DNA of 64,000 nt, from positions 17,703,733 to 17,767,732 of the forward strand of contig MU059377.1 in assembly GCA_013265495.1 (NCBI GenBank), written 5' to 3'. Position 1 is the stretch's first letter. Each line of letters begins with the position of its first letter. The position numbers were made by a program, and so were the translations under genes. The notes under the pieces are model-generated. The model saw only the letters and a program-made list of their open reading frames with translations. It was not told the DNA's origin and ran no database searches. This DNA is from Vicugna vicugna. Taxonomy: Eukaryota. Positions 39,076 through 52,659 of the stretch are shown one piece after another.

Positions 39076-39249
39076 GTCTACATTATCCTTTATGGCTTCT
39101 GAATGCTCTGTCCCCTAAAAAGCATTCCTCAACACACGTGTTTTATTGTTTTTTATTTACATTTATTATTTTTACATTTCTATCCAATCTGTCTACAACT
39201 CATTTTTATAAATGAATCAACATGTAAGTCTAAATGCTTCCAAATGAAT

Positions 39250-39610
39250 AACAAATTATGGAAGTGCCATTATTATATAAGCCATTTTAATGGCATCTGT
39301 GTCGTATATAAGCACATCTACATTTGGATCTATTTCTGCAATCTTTACACTCTTATTTTTCTCTTTTGTGCAAATATCACATTTTATTTTAGTACAGGAT
39401 AGTCAGAGGATACTTTATTAGCTAGCATGGAAAAGCTTTCCTTGCTTATCATGATTTAAACTTATCATTTAAAAATAATTTTATTGTAATGTTTTTACTA
39501 GAAATACCATCAATGATTATCAAAAATTGTTGGCATCCATTAGAATAATCATGACTTTGCTCCTTTGATCTATTTTGTAACGCAGAATGTTTTAAAATTT
39601 CCTAATTTGA
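39250..39610 (-). mobile_element. Old L1M ORF2 fragments
   Basis: catctacatttggatctatttctg and aattgttggcatccattagaataatcatg resemble antisense L1 ORF2. Confidence 0.5.
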
Positions 39611-40379
39611 TAGAAGTCCTATGAAGTGGACATTAAAAGCACATTCATTTTATGTTCTCCTGGCTGATGATACATTTCCTTATTAATCTTTTTGGAAATA
39701 CTGTTGAGAACTGACAAGTCGTTACATAATTTTAGGTCAGCATTTCCTGCAGTGTCTGTGTCTCTTTCAGGTGTGATTATCAGCATCATGTCAGAACGCA
39801 ATGACCCAAGTGAATGACGTTTTACCTGTCACGTGGGGTTTTTCCCTGGTGTGAAAAGACACTCAGAGGTTTTTAAAATGTGTTATGGGGTATGAAAGAT
39901 AAGAAAAGACCTAAATTCACTTAAAACAAATCAGAATTACTTGGTCTGGGAAATTCACCTCCTTAGATTAGGAGCATATATTTTGAAACAGAGGGATGGC
40001 TTTTCAGGCAAATTTTTCTGGGGAAAACTATTTCCAGTCGGGAAACATTTGCCTTGGTAGCTCCTTAACATCACTACTCAGGTTGCTTCCAAAGACAGCA
40101 TTTATGAAGCTAGAAAGTAGCTTTGAATGGAAATGTATTGTGTATGACCATCATCCACCCATGACTGGGGGCACCGCTGGCCGTGTGACTTCAGTGGTGA
40201 AGGGTTGCTAGCAGAATGATATGTGAGCCACCTGGGCTGATGTAGTACCTTGGGTTCTAATAATAAAAGCATTCCCTCAGTCAAGCCACTCTCTAGAAAT
40301 CCTTTAATAAGCATGTTTGGCAGAGGAAGCAGGCCTGGAGTGATTCTACCTGGAGAAACCCAAAGAGTCAGTTCTATCT

Positions 40380-41060
40380 TGTTCCAGGCCACTTCTGTTA
40401 CCTGGCAGGGGGACCTTTGTGTCATAAGGGACAGAGATAGTTTCAGGTTACCTCCGTTTACAAAGCTGTGTGGGGGGGAGAAACTTACTACAAGATTTAT
40501 AGGGAGTAAGGAAGACTCAGTCTTGCTGGCAGGCCTCACAGAGTACAGAACAGAGAAGAAAAACCCCTCTAACTTCAATCGGAGCTACCTAATCCCCAAA
40601 AGCAGCACCTGACACTTCATTCCTCAGCTTTAATGCGTAGGTTTACTCAGCGATTCTTTCTTTTGTGCTTGCCTCCATCTCCCCCGAGACTTCACATTCC
40701 TCTCTTTATTATGACACCTGCTTTCTCATGGCCTGTGTTTACTGCTGTCTCTCTACATGCCTCTGCTTCTGTGCTGTTACGAAATTCAGCTACCTTGCAT
40801 ATTTCACATGTAAAGTCCCCAAGAAGGATATGATCGGATTAGTTCAGCCAGTCATCAGTGAGTGTACGGGGTCACCAAAGTTCAGCAGAGCTTATGCCCT
40901 GAGCCACGTGATAGTTCACTGGTCTGGCTTCGGTCACATCTCATTCCCCATCCCCTGAATCTGGGCGGTGGGAGACGGTAGACTAGGGCATGGAGATCAT
41001 TTAAAAAGGAAAATCCAAAAAAGGGCTGTGCTGCAGGCAGGGACGGCCTTCGCAGCATCA
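40380..41060 (-). mobile_element. Possible old MLT1K/L-like LTR
   Basis: Weak resemblance only (cacatgtaaagtccccaagaaggatatgatcggattagttcagccagtca; ttcggtcacatctcattccc). Confidence 0.3.
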
Positions 41061-42779
41061 AGTCCCTGCTCATGTATCAGGTGAATTAATAAATGCCAGG
41101 GTTTGAGGCAATGACTAAATGTGTTCTGTCTAGTTAAAAAAGATAGCCAAGGGCACCTCATTATTCTTTGAAACTTCTTTCATGATATCTTGGTTCAGTC
41201 TTTCATTTCTCCATGTCTTATTTTGGATCCTTGTAAAATACTCCTTGTCTATAGCATAGAAGATCAGATCGTGGGCACTTTCGTAATAATTATTCTAAAT
41301 ACTAAATGGTGAGTTTTAAACTAAAACTATAGTGAACTGGCCTGCCTAGGGTCTGTTTCTAATCCTGTGCATCTGCCTGGGAAGGGATGGATACATCCTA
41401 CAGGGAAGCAGCCAAATTATGGTATCCACTTTGCCTCAAATAGCATGTTTTATTTATTTGTTTGGTTGGTTTTCTCTTTAAGTTTGGAGGAAGGCCATTT
41501 ACCCATCCTTATATTTCTCACACCAGCTGCAAAGAATAGTTCACATAGTAGGTCCTTAGGGAGCATTTTCAAAAACGAAAACAGAGTCTAGGAACATGAC
41601 TAAATGAAAAAGTGAATGGTCATCATGAAATCTTGTTTTGAAGGAAACTCAAAGTACTGGAAAATATTTGTGAATCAAGCAGGATGCACCCAAAATAGTA
41701 TCATACAGAAACATGCTAGTTTTCATGTTCCTTCTCTCATCAATATATTCCAAAGTCCAAAGCAAACTTGTCTTACTGCATATTGAGACATAATAGCATA
41801 TTGCTACATACTTTAAAGCTCTTACCATCATTTACATTTCAAAGGAAGAGATTTTGTTTCATCAGTTCATATCATGATGATCAGTAAAACCATTAATATG
41901 AAAACTAAATCCTCCATCAACTCTTTGGCCTCCAGAGCTTTGTAAAATTCTAATTTCTTTAAGCTGATTCTGTGTTGTGCTCTTTCCCTTATCTTAAAAA
42001 AGAAAAGTTCCACACGACTAGACAGGATGACTTACGAAACACAATGGTATAATGTTCTACTGAGTGCATTTCAAAACTGTGACTGGGGACACCCAGCACA
42101 AGCAGTGAACATGTGATATGAAGTTCTTTGGGACTTCAGTTATTATTTCTTTTGTATGCATTTAATTCAACTTGTTTTGCTTTTTTTTTAAATAAAGTCA
42201 AGCATGGTTTTATTCATCTTTTCCTACTCCATTTAAAGTCCCAGGTGAGTCTCACACCTTCCTTTACTTCCTGCCTCTCAAGGTCAGATATAACGAAAAT
42301 AAAGGTTAAGAAAATATAGCTTCATACCTCAGATACCTTTACATTATTTCATCAGGTAATTATTCAGGAAAGTTGAAGGCTCAGACCTTCGAGTCTGGTC
42401 TCCACGTTATCTGACCAGGCACTCTTTTTGCGTACACCCAATTCACCCTTCTATTCTTTTGTAATGTTCATTTTTGAAATTACTGAGGTTATCTATAAAT
42501 GCAATCTCGTTATAAAAGATTCACACAATGCTTGATTATAAAAAGCACTTCAAAAATACATAGTTAAATATTTTAAAAACTGTGTTGTGTTATAATGTAT
42601 CTTCTAACGTTATTTCTAAAATGACGCAAGAAACGCTCCTCATTTCATATTAAAGTCAGCTGAAACTTTTTTGTTTCTTGTTTCTGCTTTTTACTTTATG
42701 CATCAAAAAGTAGTTAGCAGTCAACCGAAGTTTTACTCTTCCAGTCAGCTTTCATGAGTTTTTTAAATCACATTTCCCT

Positions 42780-43400
42780 ATCTTGAATTTGTTTCTTTTC
42801 TTTCCTGAAGCACATTCTCAAGCCGTATTTTTCAGAGGAAATTTATCGGGGTAAAACTGAACCACTGCTTGTCAGAAAGTATTTTCTGTCTTTTCACAAA
42901 AATATAATTTGGTTGAAAAATTTATTCAGTTTCAAAGCATTTTTCATCAGAACTTCGAAGGTAACGTTTCACTGTTTTACTGAAATCGGTATTATCAAGA
43001 AATCTGATGCCAACATGAAGCTTATTTCTTTTGGCAAAACCTGGATTTAAATGTTGACTACTTGTTTGTTTTTCCTCTCTGGTGGCACTCAGGACTTTTC
43101 TCTCTACCCTCAGGTTTCTGAAACGTCATGATGGTGTGTCCAGCCTTGAGTCCCTTTACAGTCAGTGAGTGACTTTTGGTGAGTCAGTGTGAAGGCTTTT
43201 TCTTCAACTCTGAGAGTTTTCTTGCTATGTTTTATTTCTGTAAGGCCTTCTTTTGAAAATTATCAGTTTCCTTCTAGAACTCCTATTAGACTGATACAGA
43301 AAATCATGATCTACCCTATTATCTCTGCACATTTCTCATCCTTTCTATCTATGCTTTTTTGAATAACTTCTAAAATAACCCCTCAGTGGTGGTGGTGGTG
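42780..43400 (-). mobile_element. Old L1M ORF1-region fragment
   Basis: tttctttcctgaagcacattc...cattttttcatcagaacttcgaaggtaacgtttcactg...gagaagtctgatg-like segments. Confidence 0.55.
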
Positions 43401-43494
43401 GTTGTTTTAGCATATACACATTTCAGTTTTGTGAATATAGTCAAAGAGGCCCAGGTTGAAACATCTGTTTTCACTGACTTAGAAACAGACATTT

Positions 43495-44420
43495 ATTCAT
43501 TCATTCATCCAGTACACATGACTTTTGTATTTCCAGGGTTCTAGATGCCCTCCACAGTCCCGTGAGAGATACAGACAGAAACAAGGCAAGGCCTCCTCCC
43601 TCTAGGAACTTTAGAGGTTATAGGAAATAAAAAGATACATGTGTGACTGATGCATAGAAGTAGGGGAAAATGAAACAAGATGTGGTTAAAGACACTGAAA
43701 GGTACTGGATCATGAAGCCCTTAAACGCCATGAACAGGAATCTACGTGTTATCTGAAGTATAACGGGAAGCAAACATTGGGTTTTTAAAGGGTAGTAATG
43801 TGATCTGATTGATTGATTGATTTTATTTTTTTTAATTGAAGTATAGTCAGTTTGCAATGTTGTATCAATTTCTGGTGTAGAGCATAGCATTTCAGTCATA
43901 CATATGTACACATATATCTATTTTCATATTCTTTTCCATCATAGGTTATGACAAGATATTAAATACAGCTCCCTGTGCTACACAGTATAAACTTGTTATG
44001 TATCTATTTTATATATAGTAGTTAGTATCTGCAAATCCCCAGCTCCCAATTTATCCCTTCCCACCCGCTTTTCCCCTCTCTCCCCTGATTTATTATTTTT
44101 AGGATTACTCCGCCTGCCTTGGGAAAAACAGCTTGGAGGGAAGCAAGAGTAGGAGGAAGAGACTATAGTAGAAAGTCATCCCCGGGATGTGCTTAGCTGC
44201 ATGTGCTGGCAGCGTGCATGGAGAGAAACGGACAAGTGGGAGATGTATTTAGCAGACCTCCATGTCATGACTCGCACATAAACTGCATATGGGACGTAAT
44301 AGAGAATGAGGAATCAAGGATGATTCTTGAGATTTTGGCTTCCATAATAAGCTCCAAGGAGCTTTGAGGGTGATACTATTTCTAAAGCGATTTTTCTTTT
44401 TACCATTTGAATAGGTTTTG
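43495..44420 (-). mobile_element. L2 LINE (interrupted by a younger L1 tail)
   Basis: Starts with atttattcattcattcatcc (L2 terminus, reverse orientation) and continues past 44090 with gcttggagggaagcaagagtagg. Confidence 0.7.
43822..44080 (-). mobile_element. Camelid L1 3' tail, 5'-truncated
   Basis: tttttttaattgaagtatagtcagtttgcaatgttgtatcaatttctggtg...tatctgcaaatccccagctcccaatttatccc. Possible TSD tgattt(t)att on both sides. Confidence 0.9.
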
Positions 44421-45660
44421 AAAAGTAAATAAATGGATGAAACAAGAAAGAAAGAGCATAGGGAGACAATAATAAGCAAGACTGTAGACCAACAACATCA
44501 GTGTTCAAAAAAACGATGAATTAATAAATCCACATGAAAGGAGGAAGTGAATAAATGTAGGGATCACTTAATAACCATTTTTTTCCAAGTAAAACCCACA
44601 TACTAAACCTCTTTTCCCGTAAGGCCTTACAAATCAAGATAAAATTGTCTCATTTACAAATTGTTCATGTGAACTTATATTAATAAATATTTTCAAGTAA
44701 AGATGGTTTCCATAGATGAATGTTGCCAGTTCATAATCATTCCTGGATTACTTCTGTTACAATACTTTATTTTTATTATGTCCAGCAAACCAGCTTCTCA
44801 AGTATTGAGAAATAATGGGGGATATAAGGTCATTTTGGCTGTTGGTCCTTCCACCATCTGCTAGTCTCTTGGATTCCGATTATTATAAGAAAAAAAGGGA
44901 CCTGTTGCAGAGACACATGAGCACACACGAGTCCAGGTAGGACCTGCGGGGTCTTTGTTAATGTCTTAGGTCGACCTATTTTGCTTTTTTCCCATACACC
45001 TTTTGTTGTACCTATCTCTTCTGTCTTTCTCGGGTCCTCAAAATCATAGCCTGCTTTCCAGAATATAAACCACTTACACTCCTCAAAATTCTATGACTCA
45101 AAAACAAATACTCAAAAAAATTCTCTGTTGTCAAAGTACTTTTAGTACATAATATATTCTCCCATGAATCACACAAGTGCTTTTCTTAATTTCTTCTATA
45201 CTATTGGATTATTAGTTTGAAAATCTGCCTTCTCGGTGAGTATACTTAGAAAATATGGGGTTATCTGGATATTCATCTTTAGGAAGCAATTTAGTATCAT
45301 AATTAGCCCATAATATTGACTGTCATTATTTAAATGATTATTAGGAATCTAAAACATGCACAATCATGTATTAAGCACTGAGGAGAATGCAGTATCCTAA
45401 AGAGCTGTAACTATGGCGATCTGAGAATATATGGCAAATAAATACTTACAAATTAAATATACACTACATACAGTGGTCCCTGTCCAATCTGAAAGGAAGA
45501 GAAACTCTTCTAGTAGTAGAATTTTTTTTGAGAAAAACTTCTATTTTCATTCTGACATGATCTCTGTGTTAACAGATTGCAGTTTAGTTTTAGAAATAGA
45601 AAATATTCACCAAAATTCAAATTGCATAATCCTAGAGGAGCTGATGAGTTTTAAAGGTGA

Positions 45661-45673
45661 TGGGAGTTGTAGT
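45661..45673 (-). promoter_or_regulatory. ACTACAACTCCCA motif (ZNF143/THAP11-associated)
   Basis: Plus strand tgggagttgtagt is an exact match to the ACTACAnnTCCCA motif. Function here is untested. Confidence 0.3.
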
Positions 45674-47178
45674 AGCAACCGTACTGAGTGGGACTTGTAA
45701 TGGCAAGTCTATTAGAGGTTGGTGGGCAGGAAGACTGTGACTGGTAGAAAAGAGGGAAGGACACTTTCTACAAGAAGGAAACAAAAGCATTTGTAGCTCT
45801 GTTACTGCTACTGCTACACTCTTCAGCTTAACTTAGGTTATTTGCTGAACTCTTATCATTATATGGTTCAGAACATTTTATTTAAAAAAAATTGTTGCTT
45901 TCTAAGACAATAAACAATTTCTCTTTTCATCCCTGGCTACTAATAATGGGGTAGAAACCTCTGATTGACACTTAAGATAAAACCACAGTTGTTTTAGTTT
46001 TTCTAGCTAACCTCAGGACATTTCTCCTGACAGGTACATATCTTTGGTTATACATCTGTATGGAAAATAAAAGTATATAATAAGTAGCTGTCTGGATTAC
46101 AAATTTGGTAAAGAGTTAAAGTACTTTCCTGGTGTGTCTTAAAAGTCACACATCACTGTATGTTTTTAAGCAGTTAAAAAACCACCACCACCACCACCCT
46201 GAGTTGTTGAGTATGTAAGGAATGATACTAATGGTAAAATTCTATTAAATTCACATTTTAAGTTGAAGCTAGAATGCATGTGGTCTCTTTTATATAAATC
46301 ACCATCCTGAAATTTTAAGAATTTCTCAGTGTTAAACTAGCTCACAGCATATGCACCACAACTTCTGAGAATGTCCACTGGAAGTTGGAAATATGCTTCA
46401 GATTCTTGCCTTGAAATTATTTATCTGAATAGCCAAGCCAGTGCTTAGCTGTAACTTGTGGGCACATCTGATGCATGTACAACAATAAATGACCTCTTCC
46501 ACTTCTGAAAAAGAAAGTGGGGGAACGTAATTCAGAAGAGCAACATCATGAAATATTTTTGATATCTTTAGGATTTATACTTCTTCTTTGGAAAAAAGTA
46601 CACTCCTCAAAGCTCCTCAGTAATACTGAAGATATTTTTTTTTCCAGTTAATCTCCTTCCCATCAAACACTATGGGCTTTTGACAAATGCTTTCTTGATT
46701 CTTTCTTCAATCTCAAGGTCTATAAAAATCCCCATCTGCCACTTTGCTATTTTTGCAGCAGTTTGGATATAACAAAGAATGTGGACATTTGCTCTGTCCA
46801 TGCAGTTAATATGTGTATCCTATTTTCCAATTAAGACTATATGTCCTATTGATAGTGAACAAATTTGGTGACAAAAATATATACATGACAGCTTGAATTG
46901 TTAAACACAAATGCACTCTACTTAAAATAACCAGTAAAATAGCAATGCTTTCTATGGGCAACAGCTGGTAGGGCGGAAACACTAGAAAGATCACAGTATT
47001 TGTAGCCAGTCAGAACTAACAATGTCTGAACAAGATACCTTTCCCTCACTTTCCTTATGAAAAGGCTAAGGTGATGACTCTCACTTCAGTTCACAGTAAT
47101 GTCAAAAGAGAATAGTGGAAGTCAAAGTCCCCAATTACTGTCAGTCAACAGAGCCAACAATACATTCATGGTCTTAAG

Positions 47179-47251
47179 CAGGGGTCTCAAACTCGAGTAC
47201 AAGATGTAAGTAAGTAGGGTCTGGATAGAACTGCCAAGTTTGAGACTCGTT
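47179..47251. mobile_element. Short hAT-like MITE remnant
   Basis: caggggtctcaaact ... agtttgagactcg form terminal inverted repeats about 73 bp apart. Confidence 0.55.
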
Positions 47252-47744
47252 TAAGATATTTAAATTAATTATTTTTATTCCCTAAAGTAGCTTAAGAAAC
47301 AGGTCTGCTGAAGATTTGGAGAACCCTACCCTAAGCCCCAGGGAGAGCTTCTGGGCTTCTCAATTACCAACAAGTAGAACTTTCACATGTTTATCTCAGT
47401 GTTTAGTGTAAGCCAGTATCATACCTCAAAGTGCCCACTCTTATCTTTCCCAGGGCAAGACCAAAGGTTTTAACTCAAAGGAAGTAATGGCCCTAAGACT
47501 GCAATTCTCTCAACTTGTATACTCTTGCCATTAGTAACTATGTGCCTTCCCTAATACTGATTTCTTCACCTATTCTATTGCACCTGCCAGTGGTCAATGC
47601 CTCTAATCATATTCTGGATCTGAACTCATTTCCCTCCCCAGAAAGCATCCACCTGTAATCTCCTCTTGCTTCTGTATGTTCAATAGCTTCCATTTATTAA
47701 CTCATCTGTAAACATATCAGTTTATTTAGATCCTCCCATTGAAA

Positions 47745-47956
47745 GTAAACATAAAATAGTTCATAAAAGGAAAAATTCATCAACCAGATCTCATCAAAAA
47801 TGTTCTGCTTTACAAAAGCTGCTGTTAAAAGGACAAAAAGAAAAGTTAAAGGGGACAAAATATTTGTAAACTACATGTTTGACAAAGAACTATTATCTAG
47901 AATATATAAAGACTTCAAAACTCAACAGTAAATAATTCAACTAAAAAATTGGCATG
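47745..47956 (+). mobile_element. L1M ORF2 3' fragment
   Basis: aaaatatttgtaaactacatgtttgacaaagaactattatctagaatatataaagac...ctcaacagtaaa. Confidence 0.75.
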
Positions 47957-48499
47957 GTTATCAACCCTAAAGTGACATAGAGAAAAAGTCTGATATGATT
48001 ACCATGAATGCAGACAATCCTATGACATTAAAACAATTTGAGAGTAGGTAATAAATAAGGAAGACAAAATAATTTGATTTCATGTTAATTTGTTTGCTAG
48101 AGTAGAGAAGACATCAAAACTATCAAAACAACTCAAATGTATTTTGAAAAATTAAAATGAAGGAAGAATAGAAATTGCAAATGAATATGGCCCACTGTGA
48201 TCAGGAAAGGTAATGAAATTTAAAATTCAAAAATAAAGACAGACTTCTTGAATTACCTATATACTAAAATGAGTTACACGAAAGTTGGAAACACCAGGCT
48301 ACACTCCTCTTCCTCAGCAGTAATATACGATCAATACCAAAAGGCAACAGAGTAATGCCAGCAAAGCTCTGAGATGGAAACAGTTTGATCCAAGAATCTT
48401 ACTCCTGACCTCATTCTAAAACCATCTCATCACAGCCATGATATGCACCTTTTTCACTTCCTTTACCAAGAGGTTTCTAACTCCATGATGTGAAATACC

Positions 48500-48825
48500 T
48501 ATGGGCCTGCTCATCATTCACAGGTTAGGTGGGCAACTCAGAAATGTGGGCAAGTAACACCCTGCGGGTTTACCTTCAACTGACCGGTGATGGAGGCTGA
48601 TGGGAAAGGTCATCTCTTTTATCCTTCAGGTGAACAATTCTGAAATACATTCTAAACAGCTTCATAGGAGGTCCCACAGGAAACAACCCCAGTTGCCTAC
48701 ACCAGTGACTATTCAGTTTTAGCCTCTGCAAGACCTTCATTTTCCAGGATTGCTGACCAAAATAAATTGCTTTCTGCAAGCCCTTTTTCTCTACTTCTGC
48801 TTTCCAGAGGGAACTCAGACTAAGA
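48500..48825 (+). mobile_element. ERVL LTR (LTR16-like), 5' LTR of a proviral remnant
   Basis: Ends aataaattgctttctgcaagccc...ctgctttccagagggaactcagactaaga, directly abutting internal sequence. Confidence 0.7.
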
Positions 48826-50720
48826 TATTTGATGCCAACAAAGCATCAAATAAGGTAGAAAACAAACAAACAGAATGATATTCTGGGACTGGATTATTCA
48901 GAAGTGAGCTATTGCTAAAAACCCTATTGCTGATGCAAGATGGGTAGACTTCATCCATGGTATTCTGTAGATTCATGATTATTAACAGACAGGTTGGGCT
49001 GAAATGTGGGCAACAGAGAAGCATTGGCCTGTGTGCAGCTGTGGCACTTGGGTATCACAAGGTCAAGGATAAGTAGAAGATTGTGCCTAATGCTTTGATA
49101 GCCTTAAGAATATAAAGACATGCTCAAGGCAGGCAACTATCAGCCCAAGGGATGCTGTGAAATTGAGAACACTTCAAGATTACGTGTCAAGGTACGAGAA
49201 ACTCAAATTAGATAAAATGTGAGACCGAGTGCACAGGAAAATAGTGGGATCTTGATACCTGGATAGATGAACCCGATATTCTTACACCCCTCCCTCAGAC
49301 TTCCCCATAGACTCTGGACTGGCAAAAGCAGCTCCCTCTTCATCTTCATAAGCAAGCAGCCTCCTGTTGTCTAATGACACTATGAACACCTCACCTGAGG
49401 AAGTGGCCATGAAACATGAAACTTCGCCTTGTCAATATCCTTCCTTCATGCCCTCCCAGCTTGTGGGCCATAACCCAGTACAAACCAAGCACAAAATGTA
49501 TTCTATGCTCTGAGATGAAATTGCATTCATTGAGAATTCTAAGATTTGGTTTATTAGTACTGACAGAAACAAGTAGAGTGGGTCTGAAGATGCTGAACTG
49601 GGGAAGTATGGAAAATAAGTCTGGACAGTGGAGAATTCACTGACAAACGAGCACTATTCTGGACACAGTATGTTGTGTTCTGGCAAGGATGCATGGAACT
49701 ATTCTTAATTATATTAGCTAACTCTTGCTGTGTAACAAGTTGTCACAAAGTTATCAGCTTTAACAGCACCCTTTTCTTATTTGTTTCTGTGGCTAATGAG
49801 TCTGGCCATGGCTTAACTGGTCCCTCTGCATCTGAGTCTCACAAGGCTGCAATCAGGTATTGACTTGGACTGCACTTTCATCTCAAGGTTTGACTGGGGA
49901 GGGGTTCACTTCCAAGCTTATGCCATTGTGGCCAGAATTCACCTCTTATAGTCTACTGGACTGAAGACCTCAGTTTGTTTGGTTGGCTGTTAGCCAGAAG
50001 TTTTCCTCATGTCAGTTTCTTGACATATGACCTCTCAATGGGGATGGTGCAGTACAGTTTGCTTGCTTCATTTACGCAAACAAGAGAGAGAGAGTCTCCT
50101 AGCAGCATCAGTTACAATGTTAAGTAACTGTTACTTAATAGTAACAGAAATGACATCCCATCACCTTAGCCATAATCTACTGGGGAGAAACAAATCAGAG
50201 TTTCTGCCCATACTCAAGTGGAAGGGCTTATATGAGAACAAGAGGACCAGGAGGCAGGGATGTCTACGGGCCATCTTAGAGTCTGTCTGCCACATGAATA
50301 CACTGCTGGGAGGATGCTTGAAACTTGCTCAGTGGTCTCAGGTAAATGAAGAGATGCTACGGGAACTTGGAAGAGAATTGATGAAAAGTTCAGAAGACTC
50401 AGGTAAGATGCACATATTAAACTGAATTTAATACGTCAGATCAGAGACTCCACCACCTGACTGCTCCACAGAGAAACAATCCCTTCATTAAGCAATAAGA
50501 AATAAGCTCCTGGGGAGGAGTGAATATTTCTCTCTGTACCAAGAAGAACAAAGGAGATGCTGCTACAGCACTGGAATCCCTGGTATTGGGGGATAATAGG
50601 ATCCTGGCTTGGCAGAGGCCAGATAGCAGCCCTCAACTGAAAGCAGCAGGATGGATGGCATTGCTATTGAGGGCAGCAAGGCCTTCATTTATATTTTATA
50701 TATCAGAGAAAGGCAAGTAA
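48826..50720 (+). mobile_element. ERVL internal (leader/gag) remnant, split by an MLT1 LTR
   Basis: Degenerate ERVL gag-like segments (gcagctgtggcacttgg; ataataggatcctggc...ggccagatagcagccctcaac). No intact ORF. Confidence 0.6.
49710..50293 (-). mobile_element. MLT1F/G-like solo LTR nested in the ERVL internal sequence
   Basis: Starts tatattagctaactcttgctgtgtaacaag and ends gggccatcttagagtctgtctgccaca. Confidence 0.8.
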
Positions 50721-50999
50721 GTTTATGAGAGTTTTTTTTATAGCAAATGTCTGTATATATTTTTGTTTGTGTCTGATTTGGATGTACTCATACATCAAAG
50801 CGAACTGAGGCAAGAGGACTGAACCACATTTTGGAAACAGTATGATATACGATGCTGGACAAGGATTTGTAATGATTCTGACAGAGAATGTTGCATAAAC
50901 TTGTTAAACCTCAGGGTTTTTTTTTTTCAGTCTGTAAAATACTTCTTGGATGTTTCTTTTCTGCCATGCACTATTCCAGAAACTGGTCTTAACAACGCT

Positions 51000-51400
51000 A
51001 TTGCACAGATTTGCTGGATCCCTGATGCACTCGCATACCAATGGAGGATACATAGACTAAAGAAGTTTTAAAAGAATATATAATGACCATACTGACAAGT
51101 ATCCTGGAGGAAAAAAAAGCATGGAGAAAGGCAGAGAGTTTTGAGGACTAATATAGAAGGAATGGTGAAGAAATCCTTCATGAATAGGTACTGTTTGAGA
51201 AGTGAATACAATAAAGATGGCTTACGGCTTCTTGGGGACAGCAAGTGGAAAGGCCCTGCACAGAGAACATGCCTGGAAGATGTGAGGCTTCATGAAGAGG
51301 CCAGAATGCCACTCTGCAAAACAGGGAGAAGGGTTAGGAAGAAGGTCACGGGAGATGTTGGAATTCGGGTTATTCAGGTAACTGTTTTGATGATGAAATC
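51000..51400 (-). mobile_element. L2 LINE fragment
   Basis: Purine-rich segment tgagaagtgaatacaataaagatgg...ggaaaggccctgcacagagaacatgcctgg typical of reverse-strand L2. Confidence 0.45.
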
Positions 51401-51939
51401 AGATATTTTTGTATATTACATAAATGCCCAGTTCATGGGGTCAACTTTAGTTTTTACTTCATTTGAAACAAGGATATCATGCCAATTTTAAAGAACCAAG
51501 TTTAGGTTTCATAAAAGTATAAAATCAAATTCTGTAATTGGGATATGTCATGACTTCAATAAAATACAACTCTCCGAAAAATTAAGTTGAGTATGTGTCA
51601 GAGTTATCATTCTTTGCAAAGCTGGTAAAGAGACTAGAAGGGTTTTCTACATTTGGCCTACATAATGAACACTCTCTTCAACAGAGTTAAAGAAAATTTT
51701 AATGTAATTCCTGGGGTTTCCAACCAGAAGGGCCTTAATTACCAAGGAGGCTTCAGCCCGCAGAATAATCTGGAGCAGCAGTGTCAGGAAAGCAAGAGGT
51801 TGCTGGAGTCATTTAAGCTCACTTTATATTCAATATGCTTTGCATCAGTGTATAACAGTCGTGTTATAGGTCAAACAGATTTCAGATCAAACAATTCAGG
51901 GATACTGGGTCTGAGTGTGAGCCTAGGATGTCATCTTCC

Positions 51940-52368
51940 TTATCTCCAGAACCTGTGGTAAGTCACCTTACAGCCAAGAGACTTTTCAGATGGGATCAGA
52001 TCTCAGGATCTTGACATGGAGAGATTATCCTGGATGATCCAAGTGGGCCAATGTAATCACATGGGTCATTAAGAGAGGAAGAGGGGAGGGGCAGAGTCAG
52101 AGAGAAAAATGGGAATATCCTGCCTTGTTGGCTTTGAAGACAAAACGTGAGTCAAGGAATGCCGGCAGCCTTGAGAAGCTGCAAAAGGAAGGAAAAGGAA
52201 AGGCCTCTCCCCCAGGGCCTCTACAAGGGATGTGGCACTGCCGACAGCGATGCTTCGTGAGAACCTTGTAGACTTCTGACCCTCAGTACCGTACAATAAT
52301 AATTGTGTGTTGTTTTAAGCCACTAAATTGGTGGCAATCTGTTACAGCAGCCATAGGAAGCCAATATA
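51940..52368 (+). mobile_element. MLT1C/D-like solo LTR
   Basis: gagattatcctggatgatccaagtgggccaatgtaatcaca...ttttaagccactaaattggtggcaatctgttacagcagccataggaagccaatata. Confidence 0.85.
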
Positions 52369-52659
52369 TCAGGGAATAAAGGGCAACACTAAGTATGAAA
52401 AAACTATACCCCAAAGACATATTAAAAAGAAAAGAAAAAAAAAACCCCTCAAATCAGGACTTTTGAAAAAGAATCTACAAAGACTTGAGAATGGGCTAGA
52501 TGTTGTCAAATCTCCCCAGCTAACTTAAAGTCATGAATTACAACCCTAATCCAATTTCTTTTCTAAGTATGATTGTGTTGAAATGTATGGGTGTGTGCAT
52601 AGATGATGGAATGTAATAGCTGACTGCATTGTTGCATCACTATTTTTCCTAAAGCTTCC

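Noticed and set aside
40102-40612. 158-aa and 120-aa opposing ORFs
   Set aside because: They partly overlap a probable old LTR and show no homology that I recognise.
36365-52480. aaaaagaatctaca at 36365 and 52466 as a TSD of a giant L1-bounded insertion
   Set aside because: The second copy is not next to an L1 poly(A) tail, and the intervening DNA is full of ancient repeats. Most likely an A-rich coincidence.
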